This document shows, piece by piece, positions 8,732-18,923 of a stretch of 47,975 nt of DNA. The notes beneath the pieces were generated by a model, which did not search any database, had not been told where the DNA came from, and saw only the letters and a list, made by a program, of their open reading frames with translations. This DNA comes from Betaproteobacteria bacterium (GTDB lineage Bacteria; Pseudomonadota; Gammaproteobacteria; Burkholderiales; SG8-41). Every line of letters begins with the position of its first letter. Position 1 is the stretch's first letter. Position numbers and translations under genes: made by a program. Location of the stretch: contig JAOTTL010000003.1 in assembly GCA_029864385.1 (NCBI GenBank), forward strand, positions 1 through 47,975. The letters are read 5' to 3'.

Positions 8732-10165
8732 ATGAGCAGCGTACTGGAACATCTGGTCAATCAGCCCTACCAGCACGGTTTCGTGACCGACATCGAGTCG
8801 GACACCGCGCCCAAGGGGCTGAACGAGGATACGATCCGGTTCATTTCGGTGAAGAAAAGCGAGCCGGAATGGCTGTTGGAGTTCCGCCTCAAGGCGTACC
8901 GCCACTGGCTCACCATGCAGGAGCCCAAGTGGCCGAACGTGAGGTACCCGAAGATCGACTTCCAGGACATCATTTACTACTCGGCGCCCAAGCCGAAGAA
9001 GCTCGCGAGCATGGACGAGGTCGACCCGGAGCTGCTGCGCACCTTCGAGAAACTGGGCGTGCCGATGAACGAGCGGGCCAAGCTTGCCGGGGTGGCGGTG
9101 GACGTAATCTTCGACTCGGTGTCGGTCGCGACCACCTACAAGCAGAAACTGGCCGAGGTCGGCATCATCTTTTGTTCGATCTCGGAAGCCGTGCGCGAGC
9201 ATCCCGAGCTGGTGCGGAAGTATCTGGGCACCGTGGTGCCAACCGGCGACAACTACTACGCGGCGCTCAATTCCGCGGTCTTCACCGACGGCTCGTTCTG
9301 CCACATCCCGAAGGGCGTCAAGTGCCCGATGGAGCTCTCGACTTATTTCCGCATCAACACCGAGTCTTCCGGGCAGTTCGAGCGGACCCTCATCGTCGCG
9401 GAGGAAGGCGCTTCGGTTTCCTACCTCGAAGGCTGCACGGCGCCCAAGTTCGACAGCAACCAGCTTCACGCGGCGGTGGTGGAGCTGGTCGCGCTCGATG
9501 ACGCCGAGATCAAGTACTCGACGGTCCAGAACTGGTACGCCGGCGACGAGAACGGCGTGGGCGGGATCTACAACTTCGTGACGAAGCGGGGGCTCTGCAA
9601 GGGTGTCAACTCCAAGATCTCCTGGACCCAGGTCGAGACCGGCTCTGCGATTACCTGGAAGTATCCCTCCTGCGTGCTGCTGGGCGAAAACTCGATCGGC
9701 GAGTTCTACTCGGTCGCGCTCACCAACCATCACCAGCAGGCGGATACCGGTACCAAAATGGTGCATATCGGCAGCAACACGCGCAGCCGGATCATCAGCA
9801 AGGGCATCTCAGCGGGCCAATCGAACAACAGCTACCGAGGCCTGGTGAAGATCGGCGCGCGCGCGGAAGGCGCGCGTAACTTCTCGCAGTGCGACTCGAT
9901 GCTGATAGGCGCGAAGTGCGGCGCCAACACCTTCCCGTATATTCAGGTGCACAACAACAGCGCCAAGGTCGAGCACGAAGCGACGACGTCCAAGATCGGC
10001 GAGGACCAGCTGTTCTACCTCGCGCAGCGCGGCATCGGTGCGGAAGAAGCGGTGTCCATGATCATCAACGGGTTCTGCCGCGACGTATTCCAGCAGCTGC
10101 CGATGGAATTTGCCGTGGAGGCGACCAAGCTGCTTGGCCTCAAGCTTGAAGGGAGCGTGGGATGA
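8732..10165 (+). CDS. sufB: Fe-S cluster assembly protein SufB
   Basis: [50 protein letters not shown]. Confidence 0.97.
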   Translation: MSSVLEHLVNQPYQHGFVTDIESDTAPKGLNEDTIRFISVKKSEPEWLLEFRLKAYRHWLTMQEPKWPNVRYPKIDFQDIIYYSAPKPKKLASMDEVDPELLRTFEKLGVPMNERAKLAGVAVDVIFDSVSVATTYKQKLAEVGIIFCSISEAVREHPELVRKYLGTVVPTGDNYYAALNSAVFTDGSFCHIPKGVKCPMELSTYFRINTESSGQFERTLIVAEEGASVSYLEGCTAPKFDSNQLHAAVVELVALDDAEIKYSTVQNWYAGDENGVGGIYNFVTKRGLCKGVNSKISWTQVETGSAITWKYPSCVLLGENSIGEFYSVALTNHHQQADTGTKMVHIGSNTRSRIISKGISAGQSNNSYRGLVKIGARAEGARNFSQCDSMLIGAKCGANTFPYIQVHNNSAKVEHEATTSKIGEDQLFYLAQRGIGAEEAVSMIINGFCRDVFQQLPMEFAVEATKLLGLKLEGSVG

Positions 10166-10938
10166 CCCGACCGGACTCAAGAATTCTGCTCGAGGTGAAA
10201 GGGCTCCACACCAACGTGGCCGGGGTGGAGATCCTGAAGGGCATCGATCTCACCGTGCGGGCCGGTGAGGTGCACGCGATCATGGGGCCCAACGGCTCCG
10301 GGAAGAGCACGTTCGCCAAGGCGCTCGCGGGGCATCCTGGCTACAAGGTGACCGCTGGCACGGCCACCTTCGAGGGACGGAACATTTTTGAGATGGCGCC
10401 TGAGGATCGGGCCCGGGCGGGTCTGTTCCTGGGCTTCCAGTATCCCGTGGAGATCCCCGGGGTGTCGAACACCGCGTTCCTGCGGCTTGCCTACAACACC
10501 GTGCAGGGCGCCCGCGGCAAGGACGAGCTCGACCCGCTCGAATTCGACGATTACGTGCGCGAGAAGATGAAGCTGCTCGACATGGATGTGGGCTTTCTCG
10601 ACCGCAGCGTCAACGATGGCTTCTCTGGCGGCGAGAAGAAGCGCAACGAAATCCTGCAGATGGCGCTGCTCGAGCCGCGGCTCGCGATCCTCGACGAGAC
10701 GGACTCGGGGCTCGACATCGACGCGCTGCGCGTGGTCTCGGGCGGCGTGAACCGGCTGCTCACGCCTGACAATGCGGTGGTCCTCGTCACGCATTACCAG
10801 CGCCTGCTCAATTACATCGTGCCGGATTACGTGCACGTCATGGAAGGCGGCCGCATCGTCAAGACGGGCGGCAAGGAGCTTGCCGTCGAGCTGGAAGCGC
10901 GGGGCTACGACTGGATCAAGGGGAAAGCGGCGGCATGA
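10162..10938 (+). CDS. sufC: Fe-S cluster assembly ATPase SufC
   Basis: [49 protein letters not shown]. Confidence 0.97.
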   Translation: MTRPDSRILLEVKGLHTNVAGVEILKGIDLTVRAGEVHAIMGPNGSGKSTFAKALAGHPGYKVTAGTATFEGRNIFEMAPEDRARAGLFLGFQYPVEIPGVSNTAFLRLAYNTVQGARGKDELDPLEFDDYVREKMKLLDMDVGFLDRSVNDGFSGGEKKRNEILQMALLEPRLAILDETDSGLDIDALRVVSGGVNRLLTPDNAVVLVTHYQRLLNYIVPDYVHVMEGGRIVKTGGKELAVELEARGYDWIKGKAAA

Positions 10939-12245
10939 ACACGGCGGTTGGCGCGACGCATCCCTACATCGAGGCCCTGCTGAAGGGCTGCGAGCCTGGG
11001 CACGACCGACCCTCCTGGCTCGGCGAGCGGCGCGCGGCTGCGCTCGAGCGCGCAAATGCGCTCACGGTTCCGACCACGCGCGACGAGGAGTGGCGCTTCA
11101 CCGACATCACGCCGTTGACCCGCGTGCCGTTCCGGGCGGCAGACGCAGCATCGCGCCCGGGCACAACGGAGATCGAGCGCTTCATCGCGCCGGAAGCCGC
11201 CGTGCGCCTGACGTTCGTGGACGGCACATTTGCCCCTGAGCTGTCGGTCAACGCGGGCTTGCCCTATGGGGTGGTGGTCACCAACCTTGCTGCCGGGCTC
11301 CTCACGCACGGCTCTGTGATCGAACAGCATCTTGCGCGCCACGCGCCGTTCCAGCAGGACGTGTTCGTGGCACTGAATACCGCGCGGTTACACGATGGCG
11401 CGCTCGTCTGGGTTGCAAAGGACCAGCGGTGCCCGACGCCCGTTCAGTTGCTGTTCCTCTCGACGCAAAAGGAGACGGCTACCTACCCGCGCTGCCTAGT
11501 CCTGGCGGAGGCGGGGGCTGACCTCACGCTGATCGAGGATTACGCGGGGTTGACCGACGGGGCGTATTTTACCGACGCAGTGACCGAGGTTGCCATCGGC
11601 GATGGCGCGCGGGTGCGGCACGTGAGGCTGCAGCGTGAGGCGGGCAGTGCGTTCCACATCGCCACCTGCGCCGTAGGGCTTGCGAAGGATGCCCGTTACG
11701 CTTCTCACGCCATCACGCTCGGCGCGCGCATTTCGCGGCACAGCCTCAACGTGAGGCAGAACGGCGAGGGCGTGGAGGCTCATCTCGATGGACTTACGCT
11801 GATCGCAGGGCGGCAGCTGGCGGATACGCATACCGTGCTCGACCACGGCAGGCCCAACGGCAGGAGCCGGCAGCTGCACAAATGCATCGTCGGCGGCGCG
11901 GCGCACGCAGTCTTCGACGGCAAGATCGCGGTGGCGCCGGGCGCCCAGCTCACCGACTCTGCGCAAGAGAGCCGCAACCTGCTGCTCTCGGACAAGGCGC
12001 ACGTGGACACAAAGCCGCAACTCGAGATTTTTGCCGATAACGTGAAGTGCGCGCACGGTGCGACGGTTGGACAGCTCGATGCCGAACAGCTGTTCTATCT
12101 GCGGAGCCGGGGGCTGTCGCAGCAGAGGGCGCGCAACCTGCTCACGTACGCCTTTGGCGCAGAGGTCATAGACCGCATACCCGTCCCCTCGCTCGTCGAG
12201 GAGCTTGAGGAAACCGTGCTCGCCGAGATCCAGAGCGCCGAATGA
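10935..12245 (+). CDS. sufD: Fe-S cluster assembly protein SufD
   Basis: [42 protein letters not shown]. Confidence 0.95.
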   Translation: MNTAVGATHPYIEALLKGCEPGHDRPSWLGERRAAALERANALTVPTTRDEEWRFTDITPLTRVPFRAADAASRPGTTEIERFIAPEAAVRLTFVDGTFAPELSVNAGLPYGVVVTNLAAGLLTHGSVIEQHLARHAPFQQDVFVALNTARLHDGALVWVAKDQRCPTPVQLLFLSTQKETATYPRCLVLAEAGADLTLIEDYAGLTDGAYFTDAVTEVAIGDGARVRHVRLQREAGSAFHIATCAVGLAKDARYASHAITLGARISRHSLNVRQNGEGVEAHLDGLTLIAGRQLADTHTVLDHGRPNGRSRQLHKCIVGGAAHAVFDGKIAVAPGAQLTDSAQESRNLLLSDKAHVDTKPQLEIFADNVKCAHGATVGQLDAEQLFYLRSRGLSQQRARNLLTYAFGAEVIDRIPVPSLVEELEETVLAEIQSAE

Positions 12246-13507
12246 CGATGACTGCCCCGCATGCAGCGATAAAGGCCTCGCGTCACGTCGGTCTCGACGT
12301 GGAGCGCCTGCGGGCCGATTTTCCGATTCTGAGGCTGCGTGTGAACGGGAAGCCTCTCGTGTTTCTCGACAGCGCGGCATCAAGTCAGATGCCCCAGCCC
12401 GTGCTCGATCGGTGGATCCGCTACCAAACTACGCAGCACGCCAACATTCATCGTGCGGTCCACTACCTCTCGGAGACTGCGACCGCCGAATACGAGGGCG
12501 CGCGCCGCAAGCTGCAAGCTTTCATCAATGCCGGGGACGAGAGCGAGGTCATCTTCACGAGCGGGACCACCGATGCCATCAATCTCGTCGCGCATGGCTA
12601 TGGCCGCAAATTCATCGGGGCGGGAGACGAAATCGTCCTGACGACGCTCGAGCATCATGCCAACATCGTTCCGTGGCAGATGGTTGCCGAGGAGAAGGGC
12701 GCCCGGATCCGCGTCGTTCCGGTGAATGACCGCGGCGAGCTCCTCATGGAGGAGTACCTGAAGCTGCTCGGTCCCCGCACCCGGCTCGTTGGCGTGACGC
12801 ATGTTTCCAACGCGCTGGGTACGGTGAACCCGCTGCGTGAAATGATTGCCGCCGCGCATGAGAAGGGCATCCCCGTTCTCGTGGATGGCGCGCAGGCCGT
12901 GCCGCACATGAAGGTCGACGTGCAGGCCCTCGACTGCGATTTTTACGCTTTCTCGGGGCATAAGATGTTCGGCCCTACTGGCATCGGTGTGCTCTACGGC
13001 AAGGCGGCCTGGCTCGAGAAGATGCAACCTTTCAAGGGCGGCGGGGACATGATCCTCTCCGTGACGTTCGAGAAAACGGTCTACAACACGATCCCGTTCA
13101 AGTTCGAGGCCGGCACGCCGCCGATCGCGGCGGCGGTCACCTTGGGCGCCGCCGTCGATTACCTGGCCGGCATCGATATAGCGGATATCCAGGCGCACGA
13201 TACCGATATCCTCGACTACGCGACCAGGGAGATGAACCAGATCCCGGGGTTGCGCATCATCGGCACCGCTGAGAAGAAGGCGGGTGTCATCTCGTTCACG
13301 ATCGATGGTGTGCATCCCCACGATGTCGGCACGCTCCTCAATGATGAGGGCGTCGCCGTTCGCACTGGCCACCATTGCGCGCAGCCGGTCATGCAGCGAT
13401 TCGGCATTCCTGCCACCTCGCGAGCGTCATTCGCGTTCTACAACACCCTGGCTGAGGTCGACGCGCTCGTGGTTGGCATCAGGAAGGTGCAGAAGGTCTT
13501 TGGTTAA
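12242..13507 (+). CDS. sufS: Group II cysteine desulfurase SufS
   Basis: LVFLDSAASSQ, SGHKMFGPTG, EAGTP, RTGHHCAQP. Confidence 0.95.
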   Translation: MTMTAPHAAIKASRHVGLDVERLRADFPILRLRVNGKPLVFLDSAASSQMPQPVLDRWIRYQTTQHANIHRAVHYLSETATAEYEGARRKLQAFINAGDESEVIFTSGTTDAINLVAHGYGRKFIGAGDEIVLTTLEHHANIVPWQMVAEEKGARIRVVPVNDRGELLMEEYLKLLGPRTRLVGVTHVSNALGTVNPLREMIAAAHEKGIPVLVDGAQAVPHMKVDVQALDCDFYAFSGHKMFGPTGIGVLYGKAAWLEKMQPFKGGGDMILSVTFEKTVYNTIPFKFEAGTPPIAAAVTLGAAVDYLAGIDIADIQAHDTDILDYATREMNQIPGLRIIGTAEKKAGVISFTIDGVHPHDVGTLLNDEGVAVRTGHHCAQPVMQRFGIPATSRASFAFYNTLAEVDALVVGIRKVQKVFG

Positions 13508-13536
13508 AAGGCGATGAACGGCATTGGTTTTGGGTC

Positions 13537-14025
13537 ATGGCAGATAGCAAGCAGCTATATCAAGAAGTGATCCTCGATCACAACCGGAAGCCACGCAACT
13601 GGGGCGTGCTCGAGGATGCCACTCATAAGGCCGAGGGTCACAACCCGTTGTGCGGAGATCACATCAAGCTCACCGTGAAGCTGGGCGATGACAACGTCGA
13701 TGCGATCAATGTCGAGGGCCAATCCTGCGCGATCTGCAAGGCTTCCGCTTCCATGATGACGACAGTGGTCAAGGGCAAGCCGAGAAGCGATGCGGAGCGG
13801 CTCGTTCAGGAGTTCCGCGACATGGCGACCGGCAAGCTCGATCATGAGCGGCAGCCCCATCACCTGGGCCGGCTAACGGTGTTCGCCGGCGTACGTGACC
13901 TGCCGACCCGGGTAAAGTGCGCGATCCTGCCGTGGCACACGCTGCACGCTGCGCTCAATGCGCAGGCGAACACGACTACCGAAGCGGAAGCCGATCCGAT
14001 GCATGCCCCGATCGGCGGCGAGTGA
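13537..14025 (+). CDS. sufU: SUF system sulfur acceptor SufU
   Basis: YQEVILDH, HNPLCGD, CAICKASAS, RVKCAILPWH; lacks the IscU LPPVK motif. Confidence 0.92.
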   Translation: MADSKQLYQEVILDHNRKPRNWGVLEDATHKAEGHNPLCGDHIKLTVKLGDDNVDAINVEGQSCAICKASASMMTTVVKGKPRSDAERLVQEFRDMATGKLDHERQPHHLGRLTVFAGVRDLPTRVKCAILPWHTLHAALNAQANTTTEAEADPMHAPIGGE

Positions 14026-14048
14026 AGGACAACATGACTAGATTTAGT

Positions 14049-14677
14049 TTCTCTTGGCGCCTTGGCGGTTAGTTAACTGGATTTCGAAGATGCCGAAGAT
14101 CGCTGAAATAGAGCCGACGCCGAATCCCAACGCAATGAAGTTCGTCTTGCGGGAGCCGCTCACGTGGGGGATGTCGCGCTCGTTCGACACCGCCGAGCAG
14201 GCCCAAAGCGATCCGCTCGCGTCCGCCCTGTTCGATATCGAGCACGTTACGAACATTTTCTACGTGGATCACTGGATCACCGTGACGCAGGACGGGAAGG
14301 GCGACTGGCAGGAGCTGATGCGCAAGCTCGCGGTGCCGATCCGCGAAGCGCCTTCGGCCGACGCCGACTCGGCCCGCCATGCGGTCCACGCGGAAACGGG
14401 CGCCGCTCTGGAGAATCTTCCGGATGCCGACCGGGAGCGGCTCTCTCGTATCAACGCGCTGCTCGACGAGCAGGTGCGCCCGTATCTGCAGGGCGACGGC
14501 GGCGACCTCTACGTCGTCGGCCTGGAAGGCAACCGCCTCACGGTGCACTACCAGGGGGCCTGCGGCAGCTGCCCGAGCTCCATCTCCGGCACGCTCACCG
14601 GCATCGAGAGCCTGCTGCGGCCGATCGAGCCCGACATCGAGCTCGTTGCCGTGTGAATCGCCGAGACGCCGAGAGAA
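14049..14677. repeat. 22-bp imperfect inverted repeats (8-nt period) bracketing the Nfu gene
   Basis: TTCTCTTGGCGCCTTGGCGGTT 14049-14070 versus AATCGCCGAGACGCCGAGAGAA 14656-14677: 18/22 complementary. Confidence 0.7.
14090..14656 (+). CDS. Nfu/NifU-like Fe-S carrier (Nfu_N plus NifU-C domains)
   Basis: EPTPNPNAMKF N-domain; VRPYLQGDGGD...GACGSCPSS C-domain. Confidence 0.93.
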   Translation: MPKIAEIEPTPNPNAMKFVLREPLTWGMSRSFDTAEQAQSDPLASALFDIEHVTNIFYVDHWITVTQDGKGDWQELMRKLAVPIREAPSADADSARHAVHAETGAALENLPDADRERLSRINALLDEQVRPYLQGDGGDLYVVGLEGNRLTVHYQGACGSCPSSISGTLTGIESLLRPIEPDIELVAV

Positions 14678-14699
14678 GCAAAAGCAATTTGTCTTTGGC

Positions 14700-15020
14700 A
14701 TGTCTGATTGGGTCACCGTAGCCAAGGCGGGTGAAATCGCGCCTGGCGGCTTTCGTACCGTCGATGTGGATGGCGTTAACGTTGCCGTGTTCAACCTCGC
14801 CGGTGAATATTTCGCCCTCGAAGACGTGTGCACCCACGATGGCGGCCAGCTGACCGGCGGCATCGTCGAGGGTGAGGAGATCATTTGCCCGCGGCACGGC
14901 GCGAGCTTCTGCATTCGTACCGGCGCTGCGCTTTCCGCACCGGCATACGAGCCAACGGTTAAGTTCCCCGTGCGCGTGGAAAACGGCGAGCTTCAGGTGC
15001 GGGATGACCGCTGGGACTGA
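14700..15020 (+). CDS. Rieske-type [2Fe-2S] ferredoxin
   Basis: CTH...CPRHG ligands; ATG at 14700 (MSDWVTVA). Confidence 0.93.
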   Translation: MSDWVTVAKAGEIAPGGFRTVDVDGVNVAVFNLAGEYFALEDVCTHDGGQLTGGIVEGEEIICPRHGASFCIRTGAALSAPAYEPTVKFPVRVENGELQVRDDRWD

Positions 15021-15026
15021 ACAACG

Positions 15027-15122
15027 TTGACCGGTGATCCGTAACCAGTGCGCGGCCACGCAAATTTGTCAACGGCCTTGGGCGGTAGCAGCGACCAGTC
15101 ACTGTTCACCGGTCACGAGTAA
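15027..15122. repeat. 7-mer tandem-repeat hairpin
   Basis: TGACCGG-TGATCCG-TAACCAG versus CCAGTCA-CTGTTCA-CCGGTCA; TGACCGGTGA 15028-15037 is the perfect inverse of TCACCGGTCA 15106-15115. Confidence 0.75.
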
Positions 15123-15136
15123 CGCTGTTCGACTAA

Positions 15137-16192
15137 ATGGACACGCTAACCCACGCCCTCTCCGGCGCCCTGCTTGCCCGCGCGACGGCGCCGCAGCAGT
15201 CGGACAAGAATATCCTGCCGCTGCGTCGCAGGGTATTTCTGGGCTTCGTCGCGGCCGCTATGCCCGATCTCGACTTCGTGATGGGGCAGTTCGGTACCGT
15301 GACCTACCTCCTGCACCATCGCGGTGTGACGCACTCGCTCATCATGCTGCCGCTGTGGGCCTTCGCGCTGGCGTGGATATGCGCACTCATCTGGCGCCGC
15401 GACCGTTCCTGGCGTGCCTATTTCGGCGTGTTGGCGCTCGGCATCGGCATCCATATCGCAGGGGACTGGATCACCTCGTTCGGCACCATGGTTCTCGCGC
15501 CGCTCTCCGACATGCGTGTCGGCATCGGGACCACCTTCATCATCGATCTCTGGTTCACGTCGATCATCCTCGTGGGGCTTGCTGCCGCACTCGTCTGGAG
15601 AGCGTCACGAGTCCCGGCGCTGGCAGGCCTTGCAGTGCTGTGCGGCTACGTTGCGTACCAGGGCCTGCTGCAGCAGCGGGCGGTCGAATGGGGCGAGGCC
15701 TATGCGAAGGCAGCGGGCCTGGAGCGCGCAGAAGTCACCGCTCAGCCACGGCCGATCTCGCCGTATAACTGGATGGTGGTGGTGCGCGACGGTGAGGCGT
15801 TGCGTTACAGCCTGGTCAATCTGATTCGGGGTGAGCCACGCACCTTGGCGCCGGACGCCGGGTTGATTGCGCGTCTCGACGCCCCTTACCTGCCCTTAAC
15901 GCAGGCGCGGTGGGTGCACGCCGCGCACTTTGGCTCGAATGCGGAGCGCGCGATTGCCCGGGAGGCCTGGAGCCAGGGCCAGTTCAGTTTCTTCCGCTGG
16001 TTCGCCGCTTACCCGATTCTGTATCGCGTGGACACCGGTAATCCCTCCACCTGCGTCTGGTTCCAGGACCTGCGTTTCTTGACGCCAGGGCGCGGGCGGT
16101 GGCCGTTCCGCTTCGGCCTGTGCCGCGAGGAGGGGAGGCCATGGGAGCCATTCCAGCTGGTCGGCGAGAACACGCGCATTCCGGCCCGCTGA
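15137..16192 (+). CDS. Membrane-bound metal-dependent hydrolase (YdjM-like)
   Basis: MDTLTHALSG, PDLD, HRGVTHSL, HIAGDWITSFG motifs with TM helices. Confidence 0.88.
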   Translation: MDTLTHALSGALLARATAPQQSDKNILPLRRRVFLGFVAAAMPDLDFVMGQFGTVTYLLHHRGVTHSLIMLPLWAFALAWICALIWRRDRSWRAYFGVLALGIGIHIAGDWITSFGTMVLAPLSDMRVGIGTTFIIDLWFTSIILVGLAAALVWRASRVPALAGLAVLCGYVAYQGLLQQRAVEWGEAYAKAAGLERAEVTAQPRPISPYNWMVVVRDGEALRYSLVNLIRGEPRTLAPDAGLIARLDAPYLPLTQARWVHAAHFGSNAERAIAREAWSQGQFSFFRWFAAYPILYRVDTGNPSTCVWFQDLRFLTPGRGRWPFRFGLCREEGRPWEPFQLVGENTRIPAR

Positions 16193-16305
16193 AAAATGGA
16201 CTCGCAAAAAAATGGGCTCGGAAGGACCGCGCCCGAGTATCCGCTCTTCTGACGTGAGAATGCCGGGCTGATGTCTTTCACGATTGGACACCGAGCCCAT
16301 TTTTT
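16191..16305. repeat. REP/MITE-like inverted repeat element
   Basis: AAAAAATGGGCTCGG 16207-16221 and CCGAGCCCATTTTTT 16291-16305 form a perfect 15-bp IR; an extra partial copy AAAAATGGACTCG lies immediately upstream. Confidence 0.7.
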
Positions 16306-16395
16306 CGATTAAGCTACCCCGGACGCAAAAAGCGAAGGCACTGAGGGTTTCCCTGTATTTGAACTAAGGTCAGGGCTTGGTGCCGCGTGGACGAT

Positions 16396-17217
16396 ATGAG
16401 AACGATGGCCTTCATTTTGCGAGGTGGGCTGCTGGCATGGATGCTGGCCCTGACCTCGTGTCAGACCGTGCAGACGACCCGGCCGGGAGCGGTGGGTGTG
16501 GATCGGCAGCAGACGATGCTCGTTTCGTCGGAGCAGGTCAATAAGAGTGCTGTCCAGGCATACCGCCAGGAGCTCAAAAAGGCGGCCGCGAAAGGCGCGC
16601 TGAACCGCGATCCGGCGCAGGTTGCGCGCGTGCGCGTGATTGCGTTGCGGCTGGCAGCCGCTTCCGGCGCGTTCCGGCCGGATGCGCCGCGCTGGGCTTG
16701 GGAATCGAACGTCATCACTTCCAAGGAGATCAACGCGTGGTGCATGCCGGGCGGCAAGATGGCGGTTTATTCCGGACTCATCGATCGCTTGCGGGTGACG
16801 GACGACGAGCTCGCGGCGGTGATGGGCCACGAGATCGCGCATGCGCTGCGCGAGCACGGTCGCGAGCGCGCTTCCCAGGCGATGGCGCAGGGGCTCGCGC
16901 TATCGGTTCTCGGCGCAGCGGTCGGTGCGAGCAATTCCACCGTTCAGCTGGCGCAGGTGGTCACCGACGTCACGATCAACCTGCCAAACTCGCGCGGGCA
17001 CGAGCAAGAGGCTGACCGCGTCGGTGTCGAGCTGGCTGCACGGGCGGGCTACGACCCGCGCGCGGCCGTAACGTTGTGGCAGAAAATGGCGCGGGCAAGC
17101 GGCGGCGGGCCGCCGCAATTCCTATCGACCCATCCTTCTCCCCAGAATCGCATCCGCGACCTGCAGGGCTACGCAGCCAAGGTCATACCGCTGTACGAAG
17201 CGTCGCGCCGGCGCTAG
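16396..17217 (+). CDS. M48 family metallopeptidase lipoprotein
   Basis: Lipobox LTSC, NAWCMPGGK, HEIAH zinc motif, EQEAD, STHP. Confidence 0.93.
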   Translation: MRTMAFILRGGLLAWMLALTSCQTVQTTRPGAVGVDRQQTMLVSSEQVNKSAVQAYRQELKKAAAKGALNRDPAQVARVRVIALRLAAASGAFRPDAPRWAWESNVITSKEINAWCMPGGKMAVYSGLIDRLRVTDDELAAVMGHEIAHALREHGRERASQAMAQGLALSVLGAAVGASNSTVQLAQVVTDVTINLPNSRGHEQEADRVGVELAARAGYDPRAAVTLWQKMARASGGGPPQFLSTHPSPQNRIRDLQGYAAKVIPLYEASRRR

Positions 17218-17463
17218 CTCTCTGCTAGCGCCGTTTACGGGACCTGGAAGATCGCCTCGACTTCGCAGGCTGCGCCACCAGGCAGCGCGTTGACGCCGAT
17301 CGCAGCAGAAGCACTACCTGCAAAAATGGGGGTTGTGCCAGGCACTTGGATTCCTCCATTCATGGGATGGCTGACGATACCGGCTATTCCTATAATATGG
17401 TCGCGGCAGGGTTCGTTGGGAACGCTGGGGGTCAGATGCGACTTTTCCTATGGGAGACAGGCC

Positions 17464-17856
17464 ATGAACACAAGCAAATGGGCGGCAATACTGGCGTCGG
17501 TTTTTGCGCTGTTAATCGTTGGCTGCCGGTCGGCTCCGGTGTACAACGTCAGCAACGCGCCCGTGACTTCGTCGAAAGCTAACCTGACGCTGGACGACGT
17601 TTCGAAAGCGATCATGCGCGCAGGCGGGGGTCTTGGCTGGCAGATGAAGGTAACGAAACCGGGCCATATACTGGCGTCGCTGCACCTGCGCACCCACGTT
17701 GCCGTGGTGGACGTGAACTACAGCCTGAGTTCGTACAGCATTACGTACAAAGAAAGCACTGATCTTCAGTACGACGGGACCAATATCCACAGCAACTACA
17801 ACGGATGGATTCAGAATCTGGACCGGGGCATACGCACCCAACTGAACCTTATGTAG
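17464..17856 (+). CDS. Hypothetical lipoprotein
   Basis: GGAG RBS, lipobox IVGC, C-terminal IHSNYNGWIQNL typical of a small lipoprotein family. Confidence 0.82.
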   Translation: MNTSKWAAILASVFALLIVGCRSAPVYNVSNAPVTSSKANLTLDDVSKAIMRAGGGLGWQMKVTKPGHILASLHLRTHVAVVDVNYSLSSYSITYKESTDLQYDGTNIHSNYNGWIQNLDRGIRTQLNLM

Positions 17857-18018
17857 CGCTTGCCCACCCGTCGCGGCCACCGGACTTCGGTTCCGCCGTC
17901 GTGACGGGCCTCGATTTCGGGGGCTGCCCGACAATCGAGGCCGGAACCATAATCTTCACAGCGGGCGCCGGCACGGTATCATAGTCATCTCCTAGCGAAG
18001 CGGACAGGGGAAAACAGG

Positions 18019-18285
18019 GTGTTGGAGCAGACGGAATTCGTAGGGGAGGTGGCGCAGTTGATCGTCGAGGCGGTCAATCTCGACCAGGCAGCCGACGCGC
18101 TCGACCCCGACGTGCAGCTGTTCGGCGAGGGCCTTGGGCTCGATTCGATCGATTTGCTCGAAGTAGCGCTTGCCATCTCGCGGCGGTACGGATTTCAGCT
18201 GCGCTCGGATGATCCGGACAATCGGCGCATATTCTCGTCGCTGCGCGCGCTGAGCGCGCATATCGCTCAGCATCGCACGCGGTAA
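18019..18285 (+). CDS. Acyl carrier protein
   Basis: LFGEGLGLDSIDLLE phosphopantetheine site, the type seen in aryl polyene/xanthomonadin clusters. Confidence 0.92.
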   Translation: MLEQTEFVGEVAQLIVEAVNLDQAADALDPDVQLFGEGLGLDSIDLLEVALAISRRYGFQLRSDDPDNRRIFSSLRALSAHIAQHRTR

Positions 18286-18293
18286 CGCCTTTC

Positions 18294-18920
18294 ATGTCCC
18301 GGCGCACGGCTATCCTCGCAATCGCCGCGTGCTGTTCTTACCCGTTGTTGAATCATCTGGGAGCGGTGACGCAGGAGCCGCTCTGGCCCGCGAGCGGAAT
18401 CGCTCTCGTCACCTGGGCCCTCTTATCCGGACGGTTTCAGGGGGCGGGGGCGGTATTCCTCGGGCTGCTGACCCTTGGCCTGGGTATCGGACTTTCCTCG
18501 TTGTTCCCCGGCGTCCTGCTTTATGCGCCGCCGCTCGCACTCAATCTTGCGCTGTGCGCCGCCTTTGCCGGCACCTTGCGACCTGGCCGGGAGCCGTTGG
18601 TCGGCCGGTTTGCGCGCATCGAACGCGGCAGCGATTTGCCGCCGGATCTCGTACGTTACACGCGGGTGCTGACCGGATTGTGGGCCGCATTCTTTGCGCT
18701 GATGGCGGTTGTTTCCCTCAGCCTCGCGTTATGGGGTTCCACGGCCGCCTGGTCGCTATTCACCAATCTGCTGAACTACGCGCTGGTTGTGGTTTTCTTC
18801 GCGCTCGAATATCTCTATCGGCGCCTTCGCTACCGGCATTATCGTCACGCGAGCCCTGGCGAGTTGGTGCGGCGCTTGCACACCTACCGTATCTTCCCGC
18901 GGCACGCGGACGGGAGCTAG
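18294..18920 (+). CDS. Predicted membrane protein of aryl polyene-like clusters (COG4648-like)
   Basis: Multiple TM helices; YTRVLTGLWAAFF, WSLFTNLLNY, EYLYRR. Confidence 0.8.
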   Translation: MSRRTAILAIAACCSYPLLNHLGAVTQEPLWPASGIALVTWALLSGRFQGAGAVFLGLLTLGLGIGLSSLFPGVLLYAPPLALNLALCAAFAGTLRPGREPLVGRFARIERGSDLPPDLVRYTRVLTGLWAAFFALMAVVSLSLALWGSTAAWSLFTNLLNYALVVVFFALEYLYRRLRYRHYRHASPGELVRRLHTYRIFPRHADGS

Positions 18921-18923
18921 AGA

